Shown here piece after piece: positions 1-9,771 of a stretch of DNA of 64,000 bases; position 1 is the stretch's first letter, and every line of letters starts with the position of its first letter. Location: contig JACPJN010000006.1 of the NCBI GenBank assembly GCA_016187515.1, positions 128,856-192,855 of the forward strand, in the 5' to 3' direction. The position numbers and the translations under genes were made by a program. This stretch comes from Candidatus Uhrbacteria bacterium. GTDB taxonomy: Bacteria > Patescibacteriota > Patescibacteriia > GWA2-47-26. The notes under the pieces are model-generated. The model saw nothing but the letters and a program-made list of their open reading frames with translations, did no database searches and was not told where the DNA came from.

Positions 1-184
1 CCAAGATGATGAGCACGTGGGCGATCTGCGCGGTGCCGATGGAGATCACCACCTTGTCTGCGGCGTGATGCCTTGCGATGAAGGCGTTGACTGCCGCCTT
101 GTCGTTGCCCAGCGGCACACCGCGCACCTTGCGCTTGTCGTCGGTTGCGTCGCCGATGTACCCGGAGTAGGTCGGATCCAACAT
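1..184 (-). CDS. Hypothetical protein, N-terminal part (runs off window start)
   Basis: ATG at 184 preceded by AGGAGG; open frame MLDPTYSGYIGDATDDKRKVRG... to the window edge. Confidence 0.55.
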   Translation of the reverse strand, partial: MLDPTYSGYIGDATDDKRKVRGVPLGNDKAAVNAFIARHHAADKVVISIGTAQIAHVLIIL

Positions 185-331
185 CTGAAGTTCCTCCTTG
201 CTCTTTCTGTTTTACCGTGCTTTTTACACGGCCAATCAAGGAAAGAGAACTTGATTGGGATTATATTCCTTTTATCATACTTTTGCCCTTTTGTCAAGAG
301 GTGGGGTATACTAGGGAAATTGCGCACCTGC

Positions 332-428
332 TGTCATCCCGAGCGCAGCGAGGGATCTCTTCACCAAGCCATCATCATAGATCATGGTGTAGAGATTTCT
401 CCCCCGCCAAGGCGGTGTCGAAATGACA
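332..428. repeat. REP/RPE-like palindromic element (TGTCATCC...ATGACA family)
   Basis: TGTCATCCCGAGCGCAGCGAGGGATCT...AGATTTCTC...GAAATGACA with inverted ends; related copy inside trpS at 47277-47352. Confidence 0.7.
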
Positions 429-436
429 ATTACTTT

Positions 437-1615
437 ATGGAAGAAAAACTTTATTACCAAGCCCTGGCGCGATTTGATAAAATCGGGCCGGTCAGGTTGC
501 GGACGCTCCTTAAGACGTTTCCCACGGTGCAGCACATTTGGGAAGCAAGCGCGCAGGAACTTGCCCACACCGGACTTGGCGAACAAGTCGCGGCGGAGTT
601 TGCGCTTTGGCGACGCGACCAAAATCTTGAAAAACAGTGGGAGGAGTTGGGGAAAGAAGGGATACAGGTTATTACATGGGACGACCAAAAGTATCCCGCC
701 CTTCTCAAAGAAATCCACGACCCGCCACATACATTGTTTGTGAGAGTTGCACGCCCCATTGTCCCCTCCCCTAGCCCCTCCCACATGGGGAGGGGGATTT
801 CCAATTCGTCCCTCCCCCTTGATGGGGGAGGTCAGGAGGGGGTGTTGCAAAATCCCTTTACCCTCGCCGTGGTCGGCACGCGCATGGCCACCACTTATGG
901 AAGACAGATCGTGGAACAGATTGTCCGGCCGCTGGCGCGCGCGGGACTTACTATTGTTTCCGGTCTGGCGCTGGGCATTGATGCGCTGGCGCATTGGGCT
1001 ACCTTGAATGAACAAGGTACCACGATCGCGGTGCTCGGTGGCGGATGCGACAGCGCGACAATCTACCCGACTTCCAATCGCGCGCTGGCCGAGCGCATCG
1101 TTGAGTCCGGGAGCGCGCTGATCTCCGAATATCCTCCAAAAACGCTTGCCATGCCATTTCATTTTCCGCACCGCAACCGCATTATTGCCGGAATGAGCCG
1201 CGGCACTTTTGTTATTGAGGCGGCCGAGGACTCCGGCTCGCTGATTACCGCTAAACACGCCCTCGAGCAGAATCGCGAAGTGTTTACGGTCCCGGGCGAT
1301 ATTACTCGTGACACTAGCAAGGGTCCCAATAACTTGCTTAAAATGGGCGCGCATCCGGTACTTTGCGCCGAGGATATTCTGGACGCGCTTAATCTGCAGG
1401 ATCTCAAAGCCACCGTGGAAGCCAAAAAAATCTTACCGGACGATCCGGTGGAAGAGAAAATTCTGGCGCAGCTAAGTGGCGACGCCATCCACATTGATGA
1501 GCTCATCCGGGAGACCGCGTTTGACGCGGCAAAATTATCCAGTGCCTTGACGCTGATGGAGATGAAGGGTAAAGTACGGCATATCGGAGGGATGAACTAT
1601 GTGCTCGCTCGCTAA
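437..1615 (+). CDS. dprA: DNA-processing protein DprA, with an in-frame palindrome-derived insert
   Basis: Motifs LAVVGTR, IVSGLALGID, FPHRNRIIAG, SGSLITA and a C-terminal wHTH; likely start MEEK at 437, not 17. Confidence 0.95.
   Translation: MEEKLYYQALARFDKIGPVRLRTLLKTFPTVQHIWEASAQELAHTGLGEQVAAEFALWRRDQNLEKQWEELGKEGIQVITWDDQKYPALLKEIHDPPHTLFVRVARPIVPSPSPSHMGRGISNSSLPLDGGGQEGVLQNPFTLAVVGTRMATTYGRQIVEQIVRPLARAGLTIVSGLALGIDALAHWATLNEQGTTIAVLGGGCDSATIYPTSNRALAERIVESGSALISEYPPKTLAMPFHFPHRNRIIAGMSRGTFVIEAAEDSGSLITAKHALEQNREVFTVPGDITRDTSKGPNNLLKMGAHPVLCAEDILDALNLQDLKATVEAKKILPDDPVEEKILAQLSGDAIHIDELIRETAFDAAKLSSALTLMEMKGKVRHIGGMNYVLAR
763..844. repeat. GC-rich CCCCT/AGGGG hairpin element, in-frame in dprA
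   Basis: CCCCTCCC-ACATG-GGGAGGGG and CTCCCCC-TTGAT-GGGGGAG hairpins; encodes PSPSPSHMGRG...LPLDGGGQEGV. Confidence 0.8.
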
Positions 1616-1619
1616 CACT

Positions 1620-2101
1620 CTGTGTACGAATTACGAATCTTGTTCGAACATTACGAATATGTCGGAAGGAAAGGTGAGAAATGAAAAGTTGGTTTTACCT
1701 GAGTTAAGTTATTCGATCATGGGTGCGATATTTGAAGTCAGCAATGAACTGGGCACAGGATATCAGGAAAAATACTACTATCGGGCAGTCAAGTCTGCAC
1801 TTGAAAAACGGGGACTTCAGGTAAAAACTCAAGTCTATTTGCCGATTGAGTTTCGGGATGCAAAAATCGGGAACTATTTCCTTGATTTCTTGATTGAAGG
1901 AAAGATTGTGCTGGAATTAAAAATAGGAAAAAGATTCAAAAAGTCCGACTTTGATCAGATACAAGCCTATCTGAGGGCAACCAACACACCATTAGGTATA
2001 ATCGTGCGTCTTGATAAAGATGGTGAGGTGGTGTATCATCGGGTACTTCCACCTAACAAAGATTCGTAGTATTCGTAAAGCGATTCGTAATTCGTACACA
2101 G
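1620..2101 (+). mobile_element. GxxExxY gene cassette bounded by 20-bp inverted repeats built of TACGAAT units
   Basis: CTGTGTACGAATTACGAATC (1620-1639) is the exact reverse complement of 2082-2101; fills the dprA-topA gap. Confidence 0.7.
1659..2069 (+). CDS. GxxExxY protein (PD-(D/E)XK nuclease-like)
   Basis: GYQEKYY motif, plus DFLIEGKIVLELK and QIQAYL. Confidence 0.9.
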   Translation: MSEGKVRNEKLVLPELSYSIMGAIFEVSNELGTGYQEKYYYRAVKSALEKRGLQVKTQVYLPIEFRDAKIGNYFLDFLIEGKIVLELKIGKRFKKSDFDQIQAYLRATNTPLGIIVRLDKDGEVVYHRVLPPNKDS

Positions 2102-2102
2102 T

Positions 2103-4301
2103 ATGAAGCTGATTATTGTAGAGTCGCCCACAAAGGCGAAAACATTGTCTAGATTCCTCGGGCCTGACTTCACGGTCAAATCCTCCATGGGCCATATTCG
2201 GGATCTGCCCAAAAGCAACAAAGACGCCGTGGATATCGCGGCCGGCTTTGTGCCGCGCTACCAGATCTTAAAAGAAAAGCAAAGGGTTATCGGGGAGCTG
2301 CGCGAGGCCGTAAAAAAGGCGGATGAAGTTATTCTCGCGCCCGACCCGGATCGCGAAGGCGAGGCGATCGCTTGGCATTTGAAGGAAACCATTGGCCTGA
2401 AAAACCCAAAGCGCAGTGTTTTTCATGAAATAACCCAGCGCGCCGTCTCTGAAGCGCTGGCTCATCCGCGCACGATTGATGAAAAGTTAGTCAGCGCCCA
2501 AGAGGCGCGGCGCGTGCTGGATCGCCTTTTCGGGTATGATCTTTCCGGTCTGATTTGGAAAAAAGTGCGCTATGGACTTTCGGCCGGGCGGGTGCAATCT
2601 CCGGCTTTGCGCATCCTGATGGAGCGCGAGCGGGAGATCCGCGCCTTTGTACCGGAAAAATTCTGGGTCGTCAGCGCCAATCTCAAAACCACCAAAGGAG
2701 TATCCTTTACGGCTACTTGCGTGGAGGAACCAAAAACCGGTGAGGAAGCGGAGGCCATCGTGAAGGCGGCGCGCGCCGGCGCTTGGAGTGTTAAAGACGT
2801 GGAGGAGTCGCAGCAAAATCGCGCCGCGCGTCCGCCCTTTACTACTTCAACTTTACAGCAAACCGCGTCCACCCGCCTTGGATTTTCTCCGGCGCGCACC
2901 ATGCGCCTGGCGCAAAAACTCTACGAGGCCGGACAGATTACCTACATGCGCACCGACAGCGTACATCTGGCGGAGGAGGCGCAGAAAAATTTTATTGCGG
3001 TGATTAAAAAAGAATTCGGCGACAATTATGTTTCGCCGCAGCAATATATTACCAAGAGCAAGTCCGCCCAAGAAGCGCACGAAGCGATTCGTCCGACTGA
3101 TGGCGCAGTCCGCGCCTGTGGGTCAAATGCAGACGAGAAAAAATTGTACGCGCTGATCCGCGCTCGCGCGCTCGCTAGCCAAATGTCGGACGCTAGAGTG
3201 GCGCGCGCGAAAATAATCGCAAACGTTTCAAACGCGGCTATTCCGGACTTTTCAGCAAACGGTTCGCGGGTGATATTTGACGGCTGGCTTAAGGCCGACC
3301 CGGATGCCAAGGGCGTTGATGTCGAGCTTCCCAAAACCGCAAAGGGAGCAGCGCTCACGCTTATGGAGGCCAACTCCGAACCAAAAGAAACCCAGCCGCC
3401 CAACCGTTATACCGAGGCGGGACTGGTTAAAGAACTGGAAAAACGGGACATTGGACGGCCGTCAACCTATGCCTCCATCCTAAAAACGCTCGGGGACCGC
3501 GGCTATGTGGAAAAACAAAATCGCACGCTGCTGCCGACCGCGACCGGCGACGTAGTCAGTTCGTTTATTGAAGAAAATTTCGGCGACTACATCTCGGACA
3601 CCTTTACCGCGGAAATGGAAAACGAACTGGACGAAATTGCTGAAGGCAAGCGTGAATATGTAAAGACCCTAAAAGAATTTTACACTCCCTTCACCGCGGC
3701 GGTAAAGTCAAAATCCAAGATTCCAAAAATCACCAGCATGGGAGACGCGCCGAAAGAATTTCCCTGTCCGATCTGCGGCGGCCTGATGGAATACAAACTT
3801 TCGCGTACCGGACGTTTTATGAGCTGCAAACGCTTTCCGGAGTGTTTAGGCGCGCGGAAAGAAGACGGCGTAGAGATCGCGCCGCCAAAAGAGACCGGCG
3901 AGAGCTGTCCGGAGTGTAAAGCTGGCCAACTCATTGAACGCGAAGGACGTTTTGGACGCTTCATTGCTTGCGGCAATTATCCTAAATGCAAGTACATTAA
4001 AAAAGATCCGGCGGAAGAAGCCAAAACAAAAACCGGGGTGGCCTGTCCGGTGTGCAAAAAAGGCGAGCTGGTCGAGCGGCGCGGCAAATTCGGGCCGTTC
4101 TATTCCTGCTCCAATTATCCGGATTGCAAACACGCGATCAAAGCAAAACCAACCGGACGCCTCTGCACTCTGTGCGGCGCGCTTATGATGGAGGGAACCA
4201 AAACCATTCCGGAGCGATGCAGTAATAAGCAGTGTTCAATGCATAATCCCCTTAAACACAAGACGGCCCCAGTACCAAAGCCCGAAGAACATCTAGTGTA
4301 A
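2103..4301 (+). CDS. topA: DNA topoisomerase I
   Basis: IVESPTKAK, DPDREGEAI, SAGRVQS, ITYMRTDS, GRPSTYA and C-terminal zinc ribbons. Confidence 0.98.
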   Translation: MKLIIVESPTKAKTLSRFLGPDFTVKSSMGHIRDLPKSNKDAVDIAAGFVPRYQILKEKQRVIGELREAVKKADEVILAPDPDREGEAIAWHLKETIGLKNPKRSVFHEITQRAVSEALAHPRTIDEKLVSAQEARRVLDRLFGYDLSGLIWKKVRYGLSAGRVQSPALRILMEREREIRAFVPEKFWVVSANLKTTKGVSFTATCVEEPKTGEEAEAIVKAARAGAWSVKDVEESQQNRAARPPFTTSTLQQTASTRLGFSPARTMRLAQKLYEAGQITYMRTDSVHLAEEAQKNFIAVIKKEFGDNYVSPQQYITKSKSAQEAHEAIRPTDGAVRACGSNADEKKLYALIRARALASQMSDARVARAKIIANVSNAAIPDFSANGSRVIFDGWLKADPDAKGVDVELPKTAKGAALTLMEANSEPKETQPPNRYTEAGLVKELEKRDIGRPSTYASILKTLGDRGYVEKQNRTLLPTATGDVVSSFIEENFGDYISDTFTAEMENELDEIAEGKREYVKTLKEFYTPFTAAVKSKSKIPKITSMGDAPKEFPCPICGGLMEYKLSRTGRFMSCKRFPECLGARKEDGVEIAPPKETGESCPECKAGQLIEREGRFGRFIACGNYPKCKYIKKDPAEEAKTKTGVACPVCKKGELVERRGKFGPFYSCSNYPDCKHAIKAKPTGRLCTLCGALMMEGTKTIPERCSNKQCSMHNPLKHKTAPVPKPEEHLV

Positions 4302-4498
4302 TTGTTGGCCATACGCTCGGATGTCGCCTACGGCTTCAATCTTTTTTAGATAACGTTCTGCGCTCGGCTTGGTACGGGACACGTCATTTGGTTTGCTTCG
4401 CAAACCAAATGACGGCCGGACACGCTAGCCCCTAAAACCAATGGTAATAAGAAGGCGCGCGCCGACCGCCGAGACCAGTATATCCGGCCTTCCCCCAC

Positions 4499-4527
4499 TT
4501 GACAAGTTTTTAGTCAAGTTGTATGAT
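4499..4527 (+). promoter_or_regulatory. Sigma70-type promoter
   Basis: TTGACA-N17-TATGAT. Confidence 0.55.
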
Positions 4528-4559
4528 GGGTTTGGTAATAGGAAGTTCCCCAAAAACCT

Positions 4560-4601
4560 GAAACACCCCATGATGTTAGCCATCGGGGGTGTTTCGTTTT
4601 T
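4560..4601 (+). terminator. Intrinsic terminator hairpin
   Basis: GAAACACCCC...GGGGTGTTTC followed by GTTTTT. Confidence 0.55.
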
Positions 4602-4657
4602 AAAAAAAGGGGTCCTCGTGCGCCGCGCGAGTGTATCGCACAGACACTGGAGAACCC

Positions 4658-5209
4658 TTACTTCTCGGCTGAAGAGACGCAGTTCAGCACACCCCGCCAG
4701 GTGGATTCCTGAAAGACCCCATCGGAAATCCCGCCCCACCGCGCAAGCGCTTCCTCTTCAGGACGAAACAGAATCCGTACCGGAACGACGTTGCGCATGT
4801 AATAGAGCACGTCCGGTCGGTCGTCAACGAAGTGCGTGAGCCGGAGCGACTGCGCAATCTTTGCCTTCGCCTCAAACGTGCGGCAAAAGATCGCGTGATC
4901 TTGGAGCACATCGGTCGCTCTATAGAAGCCGCGATCAATGAGCCACATCCGCACCTTTTTCTCGGTCATCTGACTGCACGCCGAGACAAGGTAGATGTTT
5001 TCCGCTCCAAAGCGTTGGACAAGGCGGGCGATTGCCCGAAACGCTCCGGGTACCGCCGGAATTCCAAAGAAGCTTTCCTTACGACGCACACCCGTTACCG
5101 ACCGAAGCATATCTTCGCGGTTCCCGTCAATGATAACCCCACCAATGTCAATCCCGGATCTCCTGCGCCTGCGCTCATGCCGCCGATATCTAACCCTAGG
5201 CCGGATCAC
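4658..5209 (-). CDS. HAD-superfamily (5'-nucleotidase-like) protein
   Basis: GIDIGGVI and THFVDDR motifs. Confidence 0.7.
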   Translation of the reverse strand: MIRPRVRYRRHERRRRRSGIDIGGVIIDGNREDMLRSVTGVRRKESFFGIPAVPGAFRAIARLVQRFGAENIYLVSACSQMTEKKVRMWLIDRGFYRATDVLQDHAIFCRTFEAKAKIAQSLRLTHFVDDRPDVLYYMRNVVPVRILFRPEEEALARWGGISDGVFQESTWRGVLNCVSSAEK

Positions 5210-6105
5210 GTCCCACCTCTGGGCGAACCCTTAATCCTCTCCAGGCAGAGCTTGATGCCCGCCGGGCTTTTCGCGCACACTACGAACTGCGTACCGTCCA
5301 TCGGCAAACTCTCGCCAACCGAGGAAAGCGTGATACCGGCCAGTGCACCGCCGAGCTCTCGACTGATAAACTCCTCAATCGCGTCATCCCGGTCAATGAA
5401 AATAACCGACATTCCCGCCTGAAGCGCGGTCATCCCCATCACTAGGTTATTTTCAAGCACCACACACCGGTCCACCGCGGATTGCAACTTCTTCGCAATC
5501 GCGATCCAGAAATCCGGGTGCGATTTGGGCGGTCCCACCTGTTCGCTGATAAACACACGAACAAACAGATTCATTGGTGCGTTTTGTTCGCGCAGCAGCT
5601 GCTGCGCGAACTCCGAGGAACGCGCTGTGGTCAGGCACAACATCCACCGCCCATCCTCATCAACCAGCCATTGGACCAGTTCCCTCATCTGCGGCGTCAG
5701 GATATAGGGTGGACGAGGCGCATCTCGCCGCAACTTCCGAACCTGGCGCGCAAGCCGCCGACGGCCCCCTAGATCCAGACTGTTCACAAATGCCGGAGCC
5801 ACTTTCCGAAGTAGACGAAGATTGACTCGCTCCTGGAATTTCTTTTCCGTAACAACCTTGCCACCTTCAATTTTGGAGGTGCTAAGCTCAAGACGCATCC
5901 TCAAATCCCAGAATCCATAAGGGTCCAAAAGGGCTTCCTTGATCTGGGGTGGAAGCGCCCCGGCTTGCGCAAGAGCCGTACGAATCATCCATACCCACTG
6001 CTGCTTCCCCGCGAGCGCAATTTCACGCTCCTGCTTCCCTTCAAGTGTAAGGAACACACCGTGCACGTCCATGAAAAGGACGTCACGGCGCTGCTGCTGC
6101 GACAT
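5206..6105 (-). CDS. Divergent HAD-like hydrolase
   Basis: LFMDVHGV, PKSHPDFW, VVLENN; AGGAGG before ATG at 6105; overlaps the next gene by ATGA. Confidence 0.6.
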   Translation of the reverse strand: MSQQQRRDVLFMDVHGVFLTLEGKQEREIALAGKQQWVWMIRTALAQAGALPPQIKEALLDPYGFWDLRMRLELSTSKIEGGKVVTEKKFQERVNLRLLRKVAPAFVNSLDLGGRRRLARQVRKLRRDAPRPPYILTPQMRELVQWLVDEDGRWMLCLTTARSSEFAQQLLREQNAPMNLFVRVFISEQVGPPKSHPDFWIAIAKKLQSAVDRCVVLENNLVMGMTALQAGMSVIFIDRDDAIEEFISRELGGALAGITLSSVGESLPMDGTQFVVCAKSPAGIKLCLERIKGSPRGGT

Positions 6106-6251
6106 GGCGTCCTCCTTTCTTTCCCACAAAATATGGGATACTCTGTACGTGTAAACTCACCATATCTGATCTGGAGAGAATTGTCAAGCACTCTTGAATT
6201 TATAGAAATCCTGTGGTATTCTCCAATTATTAAGATCTTAGCGATAACTCT

Positions 6252-7763
6252 ATGTACACTGCGGCCGAGGAAATGCTCCGCGATGTCAAAAAACTGCTTA
6301 AAGAAAACCATCCCAACGCTAACCTAGAGACCGTTGAGCGTGCCTACGAATTTGCCAAGGAAGCGCACGCGGGGCAATTCCGGACCAGTGGAGGACCCCA
6401 TATTGATCACGCCATGGGAACGGGAAAACTGCTCGCCAGCTGGCGCATGCCTGACCATATCGTGGTGGCCGGAATACTCCACGATATTACGGAAGACACG
6501 CCCTACACCTTAAAAGATCTGGAGACGCGGTTTGGGAGAGATGTGGCCGATATCGTGGAAGGAGAAACAAAAATCAGCGCGCTCAAATATCGTGGGCGAG
6601 AGCGGTACGCGGAAAATTTGAGGAAGATGTTTCTAGCCATCGCCCAAGATGTACGCGTAGTAATTGTGAAGTGCGCGGATCGGATTGATAACCTCAAAAC
6701 GCTGAATTTCTTCCCGGAGAATAAGCAAAAACGCATCGCGTTTGAAACCATGGAAATCTACGCGCCGATTGCGAGCCGCTTGGGGATGGGGTTGATTCGC
6801 GGCGAACTGGAAGATCTCTCTTTTAAATATATTTATCCGGAGGAATATGAATGGGCGCTGGGACTCTTAGTGGAGCGCGTGCCGAAGAAAGAAGAGTACC
6901 TTGACCACCTCAAGGGAATCATCGCGGATGATCTCAAAAAAAACCAAGTAAACCCGATCTCTATCCATGGCCGCGTCAAGCACCTATACAGTTTATACAA
7001 AAAGCTCCTCAAACGCGATCGAGATATTGAGAAAATCTACGATTTGGTGGCTCTGCGCCTCATCGTACCAGCGGTACAGGACTGTTATACCGTGCTCGGG
7101 GTAATCCACCAACGGTGGACCCCGCTCAAAGGCCGCATCAAGGACTACATCGCGCAGCCCAAACCCAACGGCTATCAGTCGCTGCACACCACGGTCTTTT
7201 GCGAAGACGGAGAAATTGTAGAATTCCAAATCCGCACCCAAGAAATGCACGAGGAAGCCGAATTTGGTATCGCGGCCCATTGGTTCTATGCCGAGCGCGG
7301 TAAAACTTCGGAAAACGCGCAAAAAATCAATCACCACCTAAAATGGCTAAAGGAGCTGGTGGAAATACAAAAAAATATCCAAGATCACACCAACTTTCTT
7401 AAAGCCCTGGAGTCCCTCAAAATTGATTTCTTCCGCGACCGCATCTTTGTGTTTACTCCCAAAGGAGACGTTATTGATCTGCCGGAGGGCGCCACCCCGA
7501 TCGATTATGCCTACGCCATCCATACCGAGGTTGGCAACCATTGTTCCGGAGCGACGATCAATGAGCAAGCCGTTTCGCTCAAAACTACCCTGCAATCCGG
7601 CGATGTGGTTGAAATTACCACTGATAAAAACCGCAAAGGTCCTGCGGCGGACTGGTTGGAATTAGTCAAGACCGCGCATGCGCGCAGTAAAATAAAAGAG
7701 AATCTTAAAAAAACCCGGCTCGCCGGGTGGGCCAGAATTAGAGATCTGGCTAGAAAACACTAG
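6252..7763 (+). CDS. rel: RelA/SpoT family (p)ppGpp synthetase/hydrolase (HD, synthetase, TGS; no ACT domain)
   Basis: LHDITEDT, GRVKHLYS, PKPNGYQSLHT, EFQIRT, TPIDYAYAIHT. Confidence 0.95.
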   Translation: MYTAAEEMLRDVKKLLKENHPNANLETVERAYEFAKEAHAGQFRTSGGPHIDHAMGTGKLLASWRMPDHIVVAGILHDITEDTPYTLKDLETRFGRDVADIVEGETKISALKYRGRERYAENLRKMFLAIAQDVRVVIVKCADRIDNLKTLNFFPENKQKRIAFETMEIYAPIASRLGMGLIRGELEDLSFKYIYPEEYEWALGLLVERVPKKEEYLDHLKGIIADDLKKNQVNPISIHGRVKHLYSLYKKLLKRDRDIEKIYDLVALRLIVPAVQDCYTVLGVIHQRWTPLKGRIKDYIAQPKPNGYQSLHTTVFCEDGEIVEFQIRTQEMHEEAEFGIAAHWFYAERGKTSENAQKINHHLKWLKELVEIQKNIQDHTNFLKALESLKIDFFRDRIFVFTPKGDVIDLPEGATPIDYAYAIHTEVGNHCSGATINEQAVSLKTTLQSGDVVEITTDKNRKGPAADWLELVKTAHARSKIKENLKKTRLAGWARIRDLARKH

Positions 7764-7770
7764 GATTTAT

Positions 7771-8766
7771 TTAAGAATCCTCTCCGGCAAGTTTTCCAAG
7801 GATCTCCGCGTAATCCTCGTCCGAGTAAAAATTCATGGTAATGCGGCCGCGTCCTCCCCGTTTTTCGATTTGCACTTTGGTGTTGAACTTTTCGCGCAAG
7901 CGCGCCTCATCCGCGGCAACCGCCGGATCTTTGATTCCGACCCGTTTTTTTCTTACCTGCGGAGCCGCGAGCGTTTCCGCGGCTTTCACCGTCAACCCCT
8001 GCTCCAGAATGGTCCGGAATATCTCCTCCCGCACTTTGGGATTATCCAAGGTGAGCAACAGTCGAGCATGGCCGATCGAAAGGCGCCCGGAACCGATCGC
8101 TTTTTGCATCTCGCTTGAGAGTTCAAGCAAACGCAGCGTATTGGAAATTGTCTCGCGGCTTTTACCCATTTTTTTAGCGGCTTCCTCTTGAGTCAGACCA
8201 AACGCCTCAATCAATTCGCGGTACCCTTCGGCCTCTTCAATGGGATTCAAATCCTGACGCTGGAGATTTTCGATCAGCGAAAGTTCCAAGCGCTCCAGAT
8301 CATCAGCATGGCGCACGAGGACCGGAACTGCCGCAAAATTAAGATTGCGCGCCGCGCGCAGACGGCGCTCGCCGGCAATCAGCTCAAAACGCCCATCGTT
8401 TTTTTCCGTAACAATCAACGGCTCCAGAATTCCGTGTTTTTCAATGGAGGCCTGGAGCTCGGCCAGTTTTTCCGGATCGAAAAAAGTCCGCGGCTGGGCC
8501 GGATTGGAATCCACTAAATCCGGAGCGACCGTAAGCACGCGCAAAACATCTCCTTCCTTCGCATCATGGGGAGGCAATACCGGACCCCCTCTAACTCCCC
8601 TGCCCAACAATTTCCCCCCCTGCCCGCCGCCTCTGGCGAGCCTCGCCTCTGGCGGGAGGGGGGGTTCGGGGGGGTGGGAGGGAGGGGTGGGAGCGGGGGG
8701 GTGGGAGATGGGGGTGGGCACACCGCCCGGAATCAATGATCCTAAACCTTTACCAAAAGTATCCAT
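7771..8766 (-). CDS. parB: ParB/Spo0J partition protein, with a palindrome-derived insert near the N-terminus
   Basis: GKGLGSLI, QPR, LIAGERRLRA, ENLQRQDLNPIEEA; start MDTFG at 8766. Confidence 0.95.
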   Translation of the reverse strand: MDTFGKGLGSLIPGGVPTPISHPPAPTPPSHPPEPPLPPEARLARGGGQGGKLLGRGVRGGPVLPPHDAKEGDVLRVLTVAPDLVDSNPAQPRTFFDPEKLAELQASIEKHGILEPLIVTEKNDGRFELIAGERRLRAARNLNFAAVPVLVRHADDLERLELSLIENLQRQDLNPIEEAEGYRELIEAFGLTQEEAAKKMGKSRETISNTLRLLELSSEMQKAIGSGRLSIGHARLLLTLDNPKVREEIFRTILEQGLTVKAAETLAAPQVRKKRVGIKDPAVAADEARLREKFNTKVQIEKRGGRGRITMNFYSDEDYAEILGKLAGEDS

Positions 8767-8771
8767 ACGTT

Positions 8772-8906
8772 TGAAAAATTCCAAATTACAAGCACCAAAA
8801 CACAAGGAAATTCCAAGCTCCAAATTACAAATTACCAACGTTTGAAATTTTGATATTGAAATTTAGGATTTATTTGTAATTTGTGATTTGTAATTTGGTA
8901 TTTTGG
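8772..8906. repeat. Bipartite inverted array of 7-mers (AAATTCC/AAATTAC, then TTTGTAA/TTTGGTA)
   Basis: Degenerate 7-bp periodicity, left half complementary to right half; same family as the insert in rnpB. Confidence 0.75.
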
Positions 8907-8911
8907 TAACA

Positions 8912-9679
8912 TTAACGTCCACACACCGCCGCCACTTCGCTCGCTAGGTGTAAATATGCCTTTGCCCCCCGCGAGCTTGGCGCGTGTTCAAAAATAGTTT
9001 TTCCGCTCGCCGGTGCCTCGGCCAACTTCACCGTCCGCGGCACCACGGCCCGAAATATTTTGCGCGGAAAATAGCGATACAGTTCAGAAAGCACTTCGTT
9101 GGAAAGCCGCTGGGCCCCGGCATACATGGTAATGAGCGCGCCCAGTACCTGGAGATTTTGATTCAACCCCTGTTGTACCAACTGAATTACGGAAATCAAT
9201 TGTCCCATGCCCTCGAGCGCGAAATACTCGGCTTGGACCGGAATCAATACCGCGTCCGCGGCGACTAAAGCGTTGACTACTAAAATTCCCAGCGAGGGCG
9301 GACAATCAATCAGAATATAATCGTAGGAAACCCGAGCCGGCTCCAGCGCTTCCTTTAGTTTGTATTCCCGTCCGGTGACGTTCACGAGTTCCACGGTCGC
9401 GCCGGCCAGATCCATGGTCGCGGGCGCCAAAGCTAGACGCGGAATACGCGTAGGTAAGATAGTGGCCGACAAAGACGTGCGGCCCACCAGCGCGTCGTAA
9501 ACCCCGGTTTTCAAAATCGCGCGATTGGCGCCGAGGCCGGCGGTCGCGTTTCCCTGCGGATCAAAATCCACTAAAAGCACCGCGGCGCCGTTTGCGGCCA
9601 ACTGTGCCCCCAGGTTAATCGCGGTGGTGGTCTTCCCCACGCCGCCTTTTTGATTGACGACAGCAATAATCTGTGCCAT
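8912..9679 (-). CDS. parA: ParA/Soj ATPase
   Basis: NQKGGVGKTTT, DFDPQGNA, IDCPPSLG. Confidence 0.97.
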   Translation of the reverse strand: MAQIIAVVNQKGGVGKTTTAINLGAQLAANGAAVLLVDFDPQGNATAGLGANRAILKTGVYDALVGRTSLSATILPTRIPRLALAPATMDLAGATVELVNVTGREYKLKEALEPARVSYDYILIDCPPSLGILVVNALVAADAVLIPVQAEYFALEGMGQLISVIQLVQQGLNQNLQVLGALITMYAGAQRLSNEVLSELYRYFPRKIFRAVVPRTVKLAEAPASGKTIFEHAPSSRGAKAYLHLASEVAAVCGR

Positions 9680-9771
9680 AATATCCCTATGCTTTCTCCC
9701 CCTTAGGATAAGGGGGAGTCAGAAGGGGTTACGACAACAATCGTATCACAAAATAATAGAGTACACAACCT

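Noticed and set aside
17-436. 140-aa N-terminal extension of DprA in the ORF track
   Set aside because: It overlaps an opposite-strand gene start and a palindromic element; DprA homology begins at MEEK (437).
4425-4839. Short ORFs between topA and the HAD genes
   Set aside because: No SD or motifs; they overlap promoter/terminator signals and the HAD gene.
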